This document shows positions 53,611 through 64,000 of a stretch of 64,000 nucleotides of DNA, piece after piece. Made by a program: the position numbers and the translations under genes. Each line of letters begins with the position of its first letter. The stretch's first letter is position 1. Below the pieces are notes generated by a model, which saw only the letters and a program-made list of their open reading frames with translations, did not search any database and had not been told where the DNA came from. The DNA comes from Cyanophyceae cyanobacterium (GTDB lineage: Bacteria > Cyanobacteriota > Cyanobacteriia > Cyanobacteriales > JBHJGN01), in contig JBHJGN010000006.1 of the NCBI GenBank assembly GCA_050331735.1, forward strand, positions 1-64,000, given 5' to 3'.

Positions 53611-53855
53611 CAGTATTAGAAACTCCGAATAGACATCAATACGAACAATTTTAATCAAGGTCTTGCCATTCTAAGAGAGCAACAAGCTTTTTTTTACTAT
53701 TCTAACGAGTAATCTCCCTCGTTTTCTAAGACGATTCAACCCTGCGGGCTTCTTTCCTTCAGGCTTGAACGCGGAATTGTTGTCTGCTGTGGGGAGAGCC
53801 GTTAGGAAGCCTTTGACCCAAGCCCTCAGAGATCGACAAGAAACCTCACTGAATT

Positions 53856-54185
53856 CTATAGACTATCCTTGCTCAAGGGAACTAAATCTCCATAGGTTGT
53901 CAGCCCAAGAAACATCGATTGATTTTCGGCAATCAATTGGCCTGTTAAAACACAGCGTTCGTCTTTTCTAGCCGTTGCTTCGATGGTGGCGCGAATATCA
54001 ACCGGAGAGAATTGGGGCCGATAGTCTCCTAACTTTTGCTGGACGTAGTTCCACAAAATATCTCTAATCAAGGCTTGGTATCCTTGAGTTCCAGAAAGTG
54101 CTTTGAGCTTGTCTTTTAAACTTCTCTCTAGACGAATACTAGTCACTTCCATCTCTGTCGTTGAAGTGCGAGAAAGAGTCCGCAT
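53856..54185 (-). CDS. Conserved hypothetical protein with RHH-like N-terminus
   Basis: VTSIRLERSLKDKLK...GYQALIRDILW. Confidence 0.7.
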   Translation of the reverse strand: MRTLSRTSTTEMEVTSIRLERSLKDKLKALSGTQGYQALIRDILWNYVQQKLGDYRPQFSPVDIRATIEATARKDERCVLTGQLIAENQSMFLGLTTYGDLVPLSKDSL

Positions 54186-54376
54186 GTTTTTTCCTCTCAA
54201 TGGCGATTAATGGTAATACAAGTGTAGTATAAGCTTAGTTGTTTGCCTACAGGATTTAGGGCTACGTAGTCGGAAACTGGGCAGCAGTGACTCTCAAAGA
54301 ACTGGCATAGAGCATACCTGATGAGGAACTTATTTCTTCATAAAATAAAGATCTCAAAGCATTCTTCAGTGAAAAA

Positions 54377-54796
54377 GTGATGGCAAGACTAGCAGGTTGT
54401 TTAATTTCCACTGCTTTAGTTGCAGGTTTGTTAGGAATGGCGACAGAGGCTAACGGTCAAATTGTCGTCGGACAGACTACCACTCCGCTCTCTCTTCAGG
54501 GACAGTCGGGCGGACCTGTTGATAGTAAAGGATGCGGTTTTATTGCTGCGACTCCTAATCATGCAATCAACGTGACCGATCGCCTGGACTATCTGCGACT
54601 TAACGTACAGGCGAATGGAGAACCGACTTTACTTGTCGATGGACCGGGGGGAAAATTTTGTGTTCTTGCCGATCAGGTTTCAGGAGCCAACCCGGAAATT
54701 TCTGGGGTGTGGATGCCGGGTCGTTATTCAATCTATGTTGGCGATCGCACAGGTTCTCAGCACCAGTACACCATCAACATCTCTCAGCAAAAATAG
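54377..54796 (+). CDS. Secreted hypothetical protein
   Basis: Signal peptide, two Cys, TLLVDGP and PGRYSIYVG beta-sandwich-like motifs. Confidence 0.75.
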   Translation: MMARLAGCLISTALVAGLLGMATEANGQIVVGQTTTPLSLQGQSGGPVDSKGCGFIAATPNHAINVTDRLDYLRLNVQANGEPTLLVDGPGGKFCVLADQVSGANPEISGVWMPGRYSIYVGDRTGSQHQYTINISQQK

Positions 54797-54798
54797 TG

Positions 54799-55176
54799 CT
54801 AATCTTCTCGGGACTGAGCCGACACGTCTACCGCTTCAACATCAATTGTGCCGGGGGGAGTCAGGCGAACAAATTGTCTTGATTCTACCTTAAGCGGCTC
54901 CTTGCAGTTAGGACATTGACACTGCGTCCCGTTAAATCCCGTGAACTCGTAGCGACAGACAGGACACTGAGATTCAACTAGGTTGCGCTGCAGCCACCAG
55001 CGAAAGACAATCCACCCTACAGCGGGCAGCAACAGAACCGCCGCCACCACAACCAGCAACCCATTGGCGAGCCAGCCGAGTCCGACTGACCCTAGCAAAA
55101 AAGCGATCAGGAAGACGGTGAGCAAACAGCTAAGGCCAGAGCTGTTGACCTGAAGTAGCTTGGGATTAGGGTTCAC
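54799..55176 (-). CDS. Membrane protein with CxxC..CxxC zinc ribbon
   Basis: Two hydrophobic segments, CPVC...CPNC, PGTIDVEA. Confidence 0.78.
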   Translation of the reverse strand: MNPNPKLLQVNSSGLSCLLTVFLIAFLLGSVGLGWLANGLLVVVAAVLLLPAVGWIVFRWWLQRNLVESQCPVCRYEFTGFNGTQCQCPNCKEPLKVESRQFVRLTPPGTIDVEAVDVSAQSRED

Positions 55177-55282
55177 GGGTAAACTCCTAGGCTCTGCAAT
55201 GGGGTGGTATTTCTATCCTAATCTAGGCTTTCCCACCGGACAACTCGTGGTGTAGCGTACAACGGCGGAACCTTGAGCAAGC

Positions 55283-56464
55283 TCAGCCAGCTAGCAGTTG
55301 CTGTAGTCTTTTAGACAAGGACTGCTTGCTGAACTTCTCTAAGGTGTGCTGGCGTAGGAACTGACCGTGACAGCGCCGATCGTTGCCTGACAAAATTTCG
55401 ATGCAGGCACGGGCAACGCTGTCGGGGTCTCGATGAGGAACCCGCCATCCTAACCGTCCGTCCTGAAGAGGATCGGCAGAACCGTCATCGTCCCCCGACA
55501 GCACGGGAATGCCGCAGACTAGAGCCTCTAGGTAAACAATTCCAAATCCCTCTTGAGAAGGCATAATGTAAGCATCGGCGACGCGGTAATGCTCTACCAA
55601 CTCTGCGGTCGGGACGAACCCGGCAAACACGACTTTTTCGGCCACTTTTAGTTCTTTAGCTAGCCTCGCTAAGCGTGGCTGGTCGTCTCCCCGACCAATA
55701 ACTAAGTACTTGAGTGCTGGAAATCGCTGGACAATTTCGGGAAGGGCGCGAATGGTGACATCTACTCCTTTGTAAATGTCTCCTGACCATAGCCGCGCTA
55801 CCGTCATGAGAACTTTAGCATCGGCGAGGCCGTATTTTTCCACTAGGGCGGTGGGTTTAGGTCCGGGGGTAAAGAGAGTGCCATCTATAGCGCAGGGCAG
55901 AATTTGCACGTTCTGGGACGGAACGCGATTGGCGGTGCAGAGGCGATCGCGGCTATAGCGGCTGATTGTCCAAATGGAATCAGCCTGCTGAAGAGCTTTC
56001 CGTTCGTAGGGGGGGAGAGGTTCCCATACTTCTTTGCCGTAGGTCAAGACGGTGTAGGGCAGCCTCAGCGGCTGGCACAGAGACCGAACTAGCGGCGCTA
56101 GCTTAATGTGCCCGCATAGAACTCGCTGCGGTCGCCGCCATCCCAAACACATTAGCAGGGCGGTGGCGAGTTTGAACCGGCCTTGCCAAGCTGGCAAGGT
56201 TTTCAAATAGTGAAATTTGATCGCTCCTGTCTCCAGAGGGTTGTGGCATCCTGGTGCATCTCGCAGTAAAAAGACTTCTGCCTGAAGAGAATGACCCGAT
56301 TGCTCTAAATAGGCTTGCAGAACGTCTTGAACATAAGACTGAATCCCCCCTTCTTGAGAAAAGATTTCTAAAAAAACGAAGACGTGACTAGTGGCTGTAG
56401 CGGTTTGTCCTAAATCACTTTTCTTCACTCTCTTCCCCCTCATACAGTTGGTGCCTGCGAACAA
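55283..56464 (-). CDS. Glycosyltransferase family 4
   Basis: GGIQ, YKGVD, EGFGIVYLEA; exact start uncertain. Confidence 0.88.
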   Translation of the reverse strand: MFAGTNCMRGKRVKKSDLGQTATATSHVFVFLEIFSQEGGIQSYVQDVLQAYLEQSGHSLQAEVFLLRDAPGCHNPLETGAIKFHYLKTLPAWQGRFKLATALLMCLGWRRPQRVLCGHIKLAPLVRSLCQPLRLPYTVLTYGKEVWEPLPPYERKALQQADSIWTISRYSRDRLCTANRVPSQNVQILPCAIDGTLFTPGPKPTALVEKYGLADAKVLMTVARLWSGDIYKGVDVTIRALPEIVQRFPALKYLVIGRGDDQPRLARLAKELKVAEKVVFAGFVPTAELVEHYRVADAYIMPSQEGFGIVYLEALVCGIPVLSGDDDGSADPLQDGRLGWRVPHRDPDSVARACIEILSGNDRRCHGQFLRQHTLEKFSKQSLSKRLQQLLAG

Positions 56465-56509
56465 CCCTTTCTAGACTGATCGCAGGCACCTCTAAAAATC
56501 TCGGTCAGT

Positions 56510-56992
56510 TTAGAACAGGCCAAGAGTCAGCGATTTGTCGATGGGGAAAGTGGCACCAATCCCTAACCAGATAGTTACCGCGGTACCAACTAAGAAAACC
56601 GTTGTGGCGACCGGGCGGCGGAAGGGGTTTTGGAACTTATTGACGTTTTCGATAAAGGGAACCAGCATTAGACCTAGAGGAATAGCCGCCTGAGCAGCAA
56701 TTCCCAGGAGTTTGTTAGGAACAATCCGGAGAATTTGGAAGACGGGGTAGAGATACCACTCGGGCAGAATTTCTAGAGGAGTGGCAAAGGGATCGGCTGG
56801 TTCGCCAACAACGGCTGGGTCGAGGACGGCGAGGCCAACGCACAGGGCAATCGTGCCGAGGATCACAATCGGGAACGTGTAGAGGAGATCGTTCGGCCAA
56901 GCAGGTTCGCCATAGTAGTTATGGCCCATGCCTTTGGCTAACTTAGCGCGCAATTTAGGATCGGCTAGATCCGGCTTTTTTAAGGTTGACAT
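56510..56992 (-). CDS. petD: Cytochrome b6f subunit IV
   Basis: [18 protein letters not shown] and PEWY; 160 aa from the ATG at 56992. Confidence 0.97.
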   Translation of the reverse strand: MSTLKKPDLADPKLRAKLAKGMGHNYYGEPAWPNDLLYTFPIVILGTIALCVGLAVLDPAVVGEPADPFATPLEILPEWYLYPVFQILRIVPNKLLGIAAQAAIPLGLMLVPFIENVNKFQNPFRRPVATTVFLVGTAVTIWLGIGATFPIDKSLTLGLF

Positions 56993-57137
56993 TTTATTCT
57001 CCTGAATCTCAGAATCAGCAGGCAGTACAGTAATGTTAATCAAAATACTAGCGTTTAACGGCCACAGTTTGGTCACCTTTTCAGCAGATTTCGCCGCTGA
57101 AGATAGAAGAGGCAGGAAACGCCAGGGCGATCGCAAT

Positions 57138-57806
57138 TTACAAAGGACCAGAGATCCCTTGCTTGCGAATCATCAGGAAGTGAAGCAGCATGAAGACGGC
57201 GATGGCCCAAGGCAGCACGAAGGTGTGCAGACTGTAGAATCGGGTCAAGGTAGCTTGTCCAACGCTAGTACCGCCTCTCATTAGCTCGACAAGCTGATCG
57301 CCAACAACAGGAATTGCCGCCGGAACGCCAGAGACGATTTTCACAGCCCAGTAGCCGATCTGGTCCCAGGGTAAGGAATAGCCCGTAACGCCGAATGTAA
57401 CGGTGATGACGGCCAGGATCACTCCAGTGACCCAAGTGAGCTCACGGGGCTTTTTGAATCCACCGGTGAGGTAGACCCGAAAGGTATGCAGAATCATCAT
57501 CAACACCATCATGCTCGCTGACCAACGGTGAATCGAGCGGATGAGCCAGCCGAAGTTGACCTCATTCATGATGTACTGAACCGAAGCGAATGCCTCAGTT
57601 ACGGTAGGCCGATAGTAGAAAGTCATTGCAAATCCAGTGGCAAACTGGATTAAGAAGCAGGTGAGCGTAATTCCCCCCAAACAGTAAAAGATGTTGACGT
57701 GGGGCGGAACGTACTTACTGGTAATATCGTCTGCGATCGCCTCAACTTCTAGGCGCTCGTTAAACCATTTGTAGGCCGATGAGTTGGTTACTTGTTTAGA
57801 AAACAT
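57138..57806 (-). CDS. petB: Cytochrome b6
   Basis: [36 protein letters not shown]. Confidence 0.98.
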   Translation of the reverse strand: MFSKQVTNSSAYKWFNERLEVEAIADDITSKYVPPHVNIFYCLGGITLTCFLIQFATGFAMTFYYRPTVTEAFASVQYIMNEVNFGWLIRSIHRWSASMMVLMMILHTFRVYLTGGFKKPRELTWVTGVILAVITVTFGVTGYSLPWDQIGYWAVKIVSGVPAAIPVVGDQLVELMRGGTSVGQATLTRFYSLHTFVLPWAIAVFMLLHFLMIRKQGISGPL

Positions 57807-58185
57807 GAAGCCAGTATTTGCTGAGTAGTAAATATTATACGGATGTTTTAGATCGAAGAGGGCTGATTGAGTCGCTCGTCACTGCCTCAGTAAACCTCTG
57901 TGGTTCAAGGATTCAGAGCTGAGCCTTAATTCTCTCCATCAAATGTAACATAGCTGCTCGGCAGAATGTTAACTTTTGTTTGAGGAGATTAAGAACGCCA
58001 AGGCTAGGGAAGGTGGCCCAGAGAATTGTTACAGTTAAAGACTAGTAACGCTTTTGGCAAAATGGCTGCCCAAAGTTTTTCTCCGTTTCGTATAGAACGC
58101 TAACTTGCTACTCAACTATTCTAGTTCAGCAACAAAAGTTTAAAGCCCCTAAACTTTAAGTAATACTTAAAAAAAAGTTAACGCG

Positions 58186-59421
58186 GTGCTCATGGGCAAA
58201 AGAGTCATTGGGGTCATGCTGACCTTTGTTCTCACAATTATCTCCTGGTGGTGGTCTCCTACTGCTGCTGCTTTTACAGAGGATCAAAAGCTACTACTAC
58301 AGTCTTGGCGAATTGTCAATCAAGCTTATCTCGACGAAACGTTTAACCATCAGAATTGGTGGCTGATTCGCCAAAAGCTGCTGAAGCGCCCTCTGACCGA
58401 GCGAGAAAAGACTTACACCGCAATCGAGGAGATGCTTGCGAGCCTGAATGACCCGTTTACACGGCTACTCAGACCTGAACAATATCGGAGTTTACAGGTC
58501 AGTACTTCTGGAGAACTCTCCGGAGTGGGGCTGCAAATTAATCTCAACGAGCAAGGAGAGCTAGAAGTGGTCGCCCCGCTAGCGGGCTCTCCGGCAGAGT
58601 CAGCCGGAATCGAGCCGCGTGATCGCATCTTAGAAATTGACGGCGTAGATACCGCTAAGCTAGCTCTCGACGAAGCCGCCACCCGGATGCGGGGGCCCGT
58701 TGGCACAACGGTTTCTTTGAAAATCCAGTCAAACGCCAGCCAAGAAACACGGACCGTTAAGCTAGTCAGGGACACAATTTCTCTCAATCCCGTTTACGCG
58801 CAGCTCGACGAGCAGCCCGAAGGCGCCAGGGTAGGCTATCTTCGCCTTAATCAGTTTAGCGCCAATGCCGTCCAAGAAATTGCTCATGCGATCGCCAAGC
58901 TAGAACAACAGGGAGCCGATGCCTACATTCTCGATCTCCGTAATAATCCGGGAGGACTGTTACAGGCAGGAATTGAGATTGCTCGCCTGTGGCTAGATAA
59001 TGGCACCATTGTCTATACGGTCAATCGGCAGGGCATGTTAGGCAGCTTCGATTCCTATGGTTCGGCTTTAACCGAAGATCCGCTAATCGTGTTAGTGAAT
59101 CAAGGAACCGCCAGCGCCAGCGAGATTTTGGCGGGGGCGCTTCAAGATAACGGGAGAGCTCTCCTAGTGGGAGAGACTACGTTTGGTAAGGGGTTGATTC
59201 AGTCTTTGTTCGAGCTTGCTGATGGCTCTGGGTTAGCCGTTACCGTCGCTAAGTATGAAACACCAAGCCATAGAGATATCAACAAGGAAGGGATAGTTCC
59301 AGATCAAGTGATTTCTCAAGCCCCCATTACTCTACAGCAGGTCGGAACAGCAGTAGATCAACAGTACCAAGAAGCGCTGCGTCTGCTGAGGGCTCACTCC
59401 GTGTTAGCCGATGCAGCCTAG
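58186..59421 (+). CDS. ctpA: Carboxyl-terminal processing protease (S41, PDZ)
   Basis: GVGLQI PDZ domain, DLRNNPGG, TASASEI, FGKG; divergent from petB. Confidence 0.9.
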   Translation: MLMGKRVIGVMLTFVLTIISWWWSPTAAAFTEDQKLLLQSWRIVNQAYLDETFNHQNWWLIRQKLLKRPLTEREKTYTAIEEMLASLNDPFTRLLRPEQYRSLQVSTSGELSGVGLQINLNEQGELEVVAPLAGSPAESAGIEPRDRILEIDGVDTAKLALDEAATRMRGPVGTTVSLKIQSNASQETRTVKLVRDTISLNPVYAQLDEQPEGARVGYLRLNQFSANAVQEIAHAIAKLEQQGADAYILDLRNNPGGLLQAGIEIARLWLDNGTIVYTVNRQGMLGSFDSYGSALTEDPLIVLVNQGTASASEILAGALQDNGRALLVGETTFGKGLIQSLFELADGSGLAVTVAKYETPSHRDINKEGIVPDQVISQAPITLQQVGTAVDQQYQEALRLLRAHSVLADAA

Positions 59422-59533
59422 TTTCAGTGAGCAGTGACTAGTCATCAGCGATCCGGTAAACTAGTTTAGTCACTGACTGATAACTTTCTGAGCCTGTCAG
59501 CCTACAGTAACTAGCAACGGTGGCTGTTGTCGA

Positions 59534-60253
59534 TTAGCGTAATAGCCAGTCGTCGATCAGGTTGAGAACTGTTGTTGGTCCTAATCCTCTGACAGATTTA
59601 ACGACATCCTGGTAGTTAGCAAACGCTCGCTTCTTTCTAGCACTGATGATCCCTTGGGCTAGTTTTTCCGCACCTCGGACTTTAGAACGCTCTAACTCAA
59701 CGGCTAGTTCTGCTTCGCTCAAAGTATTGAGTGCTTCTAGAGGCTTAAGGCGCTGAGGAATTAAGCTTTCGATTTCTCTCAATCGATTGTCAGTCCTGGC
59801 TCTTTCTTGAGTTTGTTCTTCTCTAACCTGATTTAGACCTTTCTCGACCCGTAACTCCAGATTCATCAACCGCGATTCTAAAGACTGGAGACTGCCAGTG
59901 GCAGCCGCTGTATCAGTTGCTAGCGCACTGTTTCTGGCCGTAGCCGAGAGTTGCTGAAGGGTCTCTATCTGCTGAATAGCGGCTGCTTCCCTTCCTTCTG
60001 GAACGACCAACACGTTGACCATTTCTGCTTGACGAGGATTTTTCTCACTGGCTCTGACAGCAGCGTAGTATTCTAAATGACCATAAATGACTTCGTAACT
60101 TTCAAAGGCTGTTTTTTTCAAAACTAACGGTTTTAACAATCCTTCAGTTTCTAATAATCGCTCGGCGAGCCGCTCAAGATTTGCTTCCGAAAACTGGGAG
60201 CGCGGAACGTTAGAAGTAATGCTTTCTACATCTACCTTCAAAAAGGTGGCCAT
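59534..60253 (-). CDS. ParB/Srx-like N-domain, coiled coil and helix-hairpin-helix protein
   Basis: PRSQFSEANLERLA...GLLKPLVL...YEVIYGH (ParB-like, lacking GxRR); C-terminal VKSVRGLGPTT HhH. Confidence 0.7.
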   Translation of the reverse strand: MATFLKVDVESITSNVPRSQFSEANLERLAERLLETEGLLKPLVLKKTAFESYEVIYGHLEYYAAVRASEKNPRQAEMVNVLVVPEGREAAAIQQIETLQQLSATARNSALATDTAAATGSLQSLESRLMNLELRVEKGLNQVREEQTQERARTDNRLREIESLIPQRLKPLEALNTLSEAELAVELERSKVRGAEKLAQGIISARKKRAFANYQDVVKSVRGLGPTTVLNLIDDWLLR

Positions 60254-61632
60254 TACTGCATCTCCATTTTGTCTAACACTTCTAGAGCCAGAGCTTCAAA
60301 TTCAGCGGCAGAAACATCAGCCGTAGAGACGGCTTTAGCATACTCAAAGATAGATTTAGGGTCGGGAACCTCTAAATCTCCGACCGAAAGAGTTTGATTG
60401 ACGCAATGGGAGAGATGCATTCTTTCTGAAATCATATTTTCCATCAGGGGAAGCTGATAGCGCTCTGGAATGATGCTTCGATGTTTAGGAAAAGTATGCT
60501 GAAGATATTTGGCATGGGTGGATATTTTAGAAGGAAGCACTCCCATAATTTTGATCGGTGGTTTTCCTAATCCTTCTTTGTTTTCGTTAATTTGTTTAGT
60601 GATAAAGTTTTTGACGCTTTCTAGTCCTTGATTAGAAAAAGGCTTAAGGTCCGAAGGAATAATTAAATAGTCAGCCGCCGTTAGCGCCACTTCTGCATAC
60701 AAATCTAGAGAGGGGGGAGTGTCGATAATGACAATATCATATTGATCTTTAACTTTTTCCAATTTTTTGACGAGGCGGAATCTACTGGCTCCGTACTGAA
60801 CTAGCTCATTTTGCCGCTCGATGAGAGTAATGTGGGAGGGAACCACATCAATTTCTGGCTGATTGAAGTAGTGAGACTGCCTGGAAAGTTCGGGAATAAA
60901 GTTAAAGTTGGTTCCTTCTAGCAAATGGTAAACGTTGCGCTCTCTAATATCATCCTCTTCTTCAAACTGAAATTTCACTAACCCCACAGCAAAGGTTGTG
61001 TTGGCTTGCGCATCGATATCAATGAGCAATACCCTTTTGCCCTTTTTTCTCAAAGCTGCTGCTAGGTTAATCGCAACAGTGGTTTTACCGACGCCACCTT
61101 TATGGTGGTAAATGGCAATTGTTTTCATAGTTGGTTGACGATTAAGGTTAAGTTGAGATGCAGCGGCACTCAGATAAGTGGAAAACTGACCAGCGTCAGA
61201 GACAGTTTGATTAAGGTTATTTTTACCGATTAACGCGTTGATACCCTCTAAATTCTGCTCGATTTGCTGACCAAGACATTGAAAAACTAACTGAATCGCG
61301 TCTTGGTCCCTCTGATAAATTCTAATTTCTCGTCCATTTGTCAACAGTCCATAGGGCGCCCTTAATCGGGTTAGATAAATTCTGAGCTTGCGCTCGTGAC
61401 GCTCTAGATTTTCTTGGGGATGTTTGGCTTCTAGGACGACAAACGGCAATTGTGTTGACGGAGACGGCATCACCCGGTTAGCGAAAGCGAGAAAATCTAG
61501 ACGGATATTGCCAAAGGCTACTTCTTGATGCCAGGTATCAGGAGAGTAGCCGAGCTTAGGCAGCAAATACTGAACAATGAGTTTACTTTCAACTTCGCTT
61601 TCGTTGCGACAAAGAGAGGGATCGAAGCTCAA
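60253..61632 (-). CDS. HsdR-N-like PD-(D/E)xK domain fused to a ParA/Soj ATPase
   Basis: N-terminal E..VE..L...LGY, RLDF, LEAK, GLLTNG; then KGGVGKTT, IDIDAQANTT, IIDTPPS. Confidence 0.85.
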   Translation of the reverse strand: MSFDPSLCRNESEVESKLIVQYLLPKLGYSPDTWHQEVAFGNIRLDFLAFANRVMPSPSTQLPFVVLEAKHPQENLERHERKLRIYLTRLRAPYGLLTNGREIRIYQRDQDAIQLVFQCLGQQIEQNLEGINALIGKNNLNQTVSDAGQFSTYLSAAASQLNLNRQPTMKTIAIYHHKGGVGKTTVAINLAAALRKKGKRVLLIDIDAQANTTFAVGLVKFQFEEEDDIRERNVYHLLEGTNFNFIPELSRQSHYFNQPEIDVVPSHITLIERQNELVQYGASRFRLVKKLEKVKDQYDIVIIDTPPSLDLYAEVALTAADYLIIPSDLKPFSNQGLESVKNFITKQINENKEGLGKPPIKIMGVLPSKISTHAKYLQHTFPKHRSIIPERYQLPLMENMISERMHLSHCVNQTLSVGDLEVPDPKSIFEYAKAVSTADVSAAEFEALALEVLDKMEMQ

Positions 61633-61929
61633 CTTTTTAGGGTAGCGTTTAAGTCAGGGGATTGTAGACTTGATTGTCTCGGAAAAGTAAGCCTCTACAC
61701 AATAGTTAAGACTACGTAATTATCGGCTTCAGGTTTACTTTCTGGAACTTCTTAGCAAAAAGTAAAATATATTACAATCGTGAAATTACGTAAAAAGTGG
61801 CGAACAGACCTTCTCGTGGTCTGTGGAGAAGGGAGAGCATCCACTTCGTCCTTGGTTATTAGTCCTTTGTCCGAATGGCTAAGGAGGTGACATCCTCCGA
61901 ATATGCCCTGTGGGGCTCAGTTAATGCTG

Positions 61930-64000
61930 TTAAGCTACGGTGGTAGTGCTAACCGGGAAGAACGATAAAGTATCAAGGCGGTCAGGGCTCACTCCCTGAA
62001 CAATTGCTAGCGTCTCGTCTTCAAAGTTGATCAAGGCATCGTTGGTTCCGTTAATGGATAGATCTCTAAAGCGGAGATTATCTAAGGCGATGAAGTCGGT
62101 GCCGACTTCAAAGTCAACAATGGTATCTGTTCCTTCGCTAGCACCGAGGACAAAAACATCTCGACCTTCCCCTCCAGAGAAATCATCCCCTTGAAGCGTG
62201 TTGTTACCCGGTCCACCCCCTAGCACATCATCCCCATACAACTGGTCGTCGTCTAAACCGCCCAGAAGCAAGTCGTTGCCGCCCTTACCGCCGAGGCGAT
62301 CGCTGCCTGCCCCGCCGACCAGAGTATCGTTGCCGCCTTCTGTTCCCCCTGGAGAGCGGCTGTTAAGGTCTCCACGCAGCACGTCATCGCCGTTGCCGCC
62401 AAAAATTTCATCATCGCCTGCTAAACCCGCGATGGTATCGCTCCCGCTACCGCCAGAAATGAGGTCAATGTTGTCGCGATCGAGGAGGGTATTGCTCTCT
62501 TCAGTGCCGATAAGACCTGTAGAAGGCGCAGGACCAAAAATAACATAGCTCTCGCCGCGGCGATCGTTATAGTCGAAGTCGTAGCCAACAATTAGATTCC
62601 CTGCACCAGGAGCGCCGATAATAAAGTCGTCAAAGCCGTCGCCATTAACGTCTCCTGCTTCGCTGACCGAGCTGCCTAAAAGATCCAAGGGATCAATGCC
62701 GCTGAGAGTAAAGCCATTAGTGCCATCTAGTTCAGCAAGATCTAAGCTCGCATCAAACCCGCTTCTGCCAAACACTACGTAGGTCTCGCCTCGGCCATTA
62801 CTATAAATGCCAAAATCACTATAAACTAGCTCTCCTGCACTAGGAGCACCGATAATGAGGTCATCAAAGCCATCACCATTAACGTCTCCCGATCCGCTCA
62901 CCGACCTGCCGGAATAGTCTTCGGCGTCAACTCCTCTAAGGACAAAACCATTGGTTCCATCTAGCTCAGCTAAATCCAAGTTTGCGTCGAACCCATTACT
63001 GCTACCGAACACGACATAGCTCTCGCCGGCTTCATAATTCCCGTTAGGATCAGCCTCATCAGCCCCAATAATTATGTCGTCAATCCCATCACTGTTTATG
63101 TCTCCAGCTTCGCTCACCGACCTGCCGGAATAGTCTCCGGCATCAATTCCTCTAAGGACAAAGCCATTAGTACCATGTACTAATCTAGCCAGATTTTGAC
63201 TAACGCCGCTTGGGAAGCTAGGAAGCGGAGGAGGAGAACTACCTAGCGTAATTTCAATCTCATAGTCGCCAGTGCTGGCAAAAAAATCAACTTCACCGCT
63301 TCCCTCTACCAAAGGATTGTATTCGGAATTAGTAACGTCGCTGACACCAATGAAGTAAGTGTCAGAGGTAGAAGTGGTAAAGTCAATTAGAGATTCAGAA
63401 CTACTGCTGCTAACACTGCTAACTTCTACTCTCTCTCCGTTTGAGTCAAAAAGCCCCAGGATTGCCTCTAGCACAAAGTCTTCTCTATCTACATGAGCAA
63501 CCAGGCGATCGCCCGCGTCAAGCTGCACCTCGAACAGATCGACATCCGCCCCTGGAGTAACGTTGAAATTATCACCAATAGCACCAGAGAAGCTAAACGT
63601 GCTCAGGTTTTCAGCGCTTAACCCCGTTGGCGTTGCGGTCGCAATGGTATCGTTCGGTTCATATGTAGGGGACTCTCAAGGGTAATTTCAAGCGAATACT
63701 CGCCAGTACTACCAAAGTCTCCACTTCCTTCTGTGAAAGGATCGTAGGAAAAATTACTATAGCCGCTGACTCCAATAAAGTAAGTATCAGAGACAACAGC
63801 GGTAAAGTTTATTAAAGAGTCTAAACTGCCAAAATCATCATCATTAACCGCAACTTCATTTCCGTTGGCAGCAAACAGACGCAAAATTGAATCTAGCGAG
63901 GAGCCGACGATATCAGCTTCAATGTCGATCGTGAGGCGATCGCCCACATCAAGCTGTACCTTAAACAGATCGACATCCGATTGAGGAGCTATATCTGGGT
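61930..64000 (-). pseudogene. Large surface protein (PPC-like repeats, FG-GAP repeats, RTX Ca-binding repeats), frameshifted and running off the window
   Basis: GDVNGDGFDD-IIGA repeats and GGxGxD nonapeptides. One frame change at GGGG 63668-63671 joins LEITLESP to TYEPNDTIATA...DVDLFEVQLDAGDRL. Confidence 0.75.

Noticed and set aside
56993..57136. 48-aa N-terminal extension of PetD in the ORF track
   Set aside because: The canonical 160-aa protein starts at ATG 56992 after an AGGAG RBS.
58900..62290. Apparent absence of HIP1 over the ParA/ParB-like pair as a sign of recent transfer
   Set aside because: Similar gaps occur over native-looking genes such as cnfR; not significant without counting.

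Overview
Cyanobacterial chromosomal DNA, judged from the abundant HIP1 octamer GCGATCGC and from petBD and ctpA. The organism is probably a diazotroph because cnfR/patB and a NafY/NifY-like gene are present, although no nifHDK lies in the window. The first ~33 kb is an anoxia-themed island. It holds gap1, glgX, phosphoketolase, cnfR, a small ribbon-helix-helix (RHH) gene flanked by three 11-bp-phased operator triplets, hcp, an OFA antiporter, a Crp/Fnr regulator, nafY plus two unknown genes, an acetate-CoA ligase/GNAT fusion, pflB, a second radical-SAM activase, usp, pflA and adhE. The octamer TGAGTACA recurs in four of its promoter regions. A decayed foreign block carrying an attC site interrupts the island at about 14.3-19.2 kb. 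The rest is mostly housekeeping: ptrB, rhomboid, an isolated phnGHI, ggt, tRNA-Leu(CAA) overlapping an M48 peptidase gene, iscA, petBD and ctpA. It ends with a nuclease-ParA / ParB-like-HhH gene pair and a frameshifted FG-GAP/RTX surface protein. Five copies of a TTA-targeting MITE and two other small repeat families are present. All calls come from reading the sequence and motifs; no searches were run.
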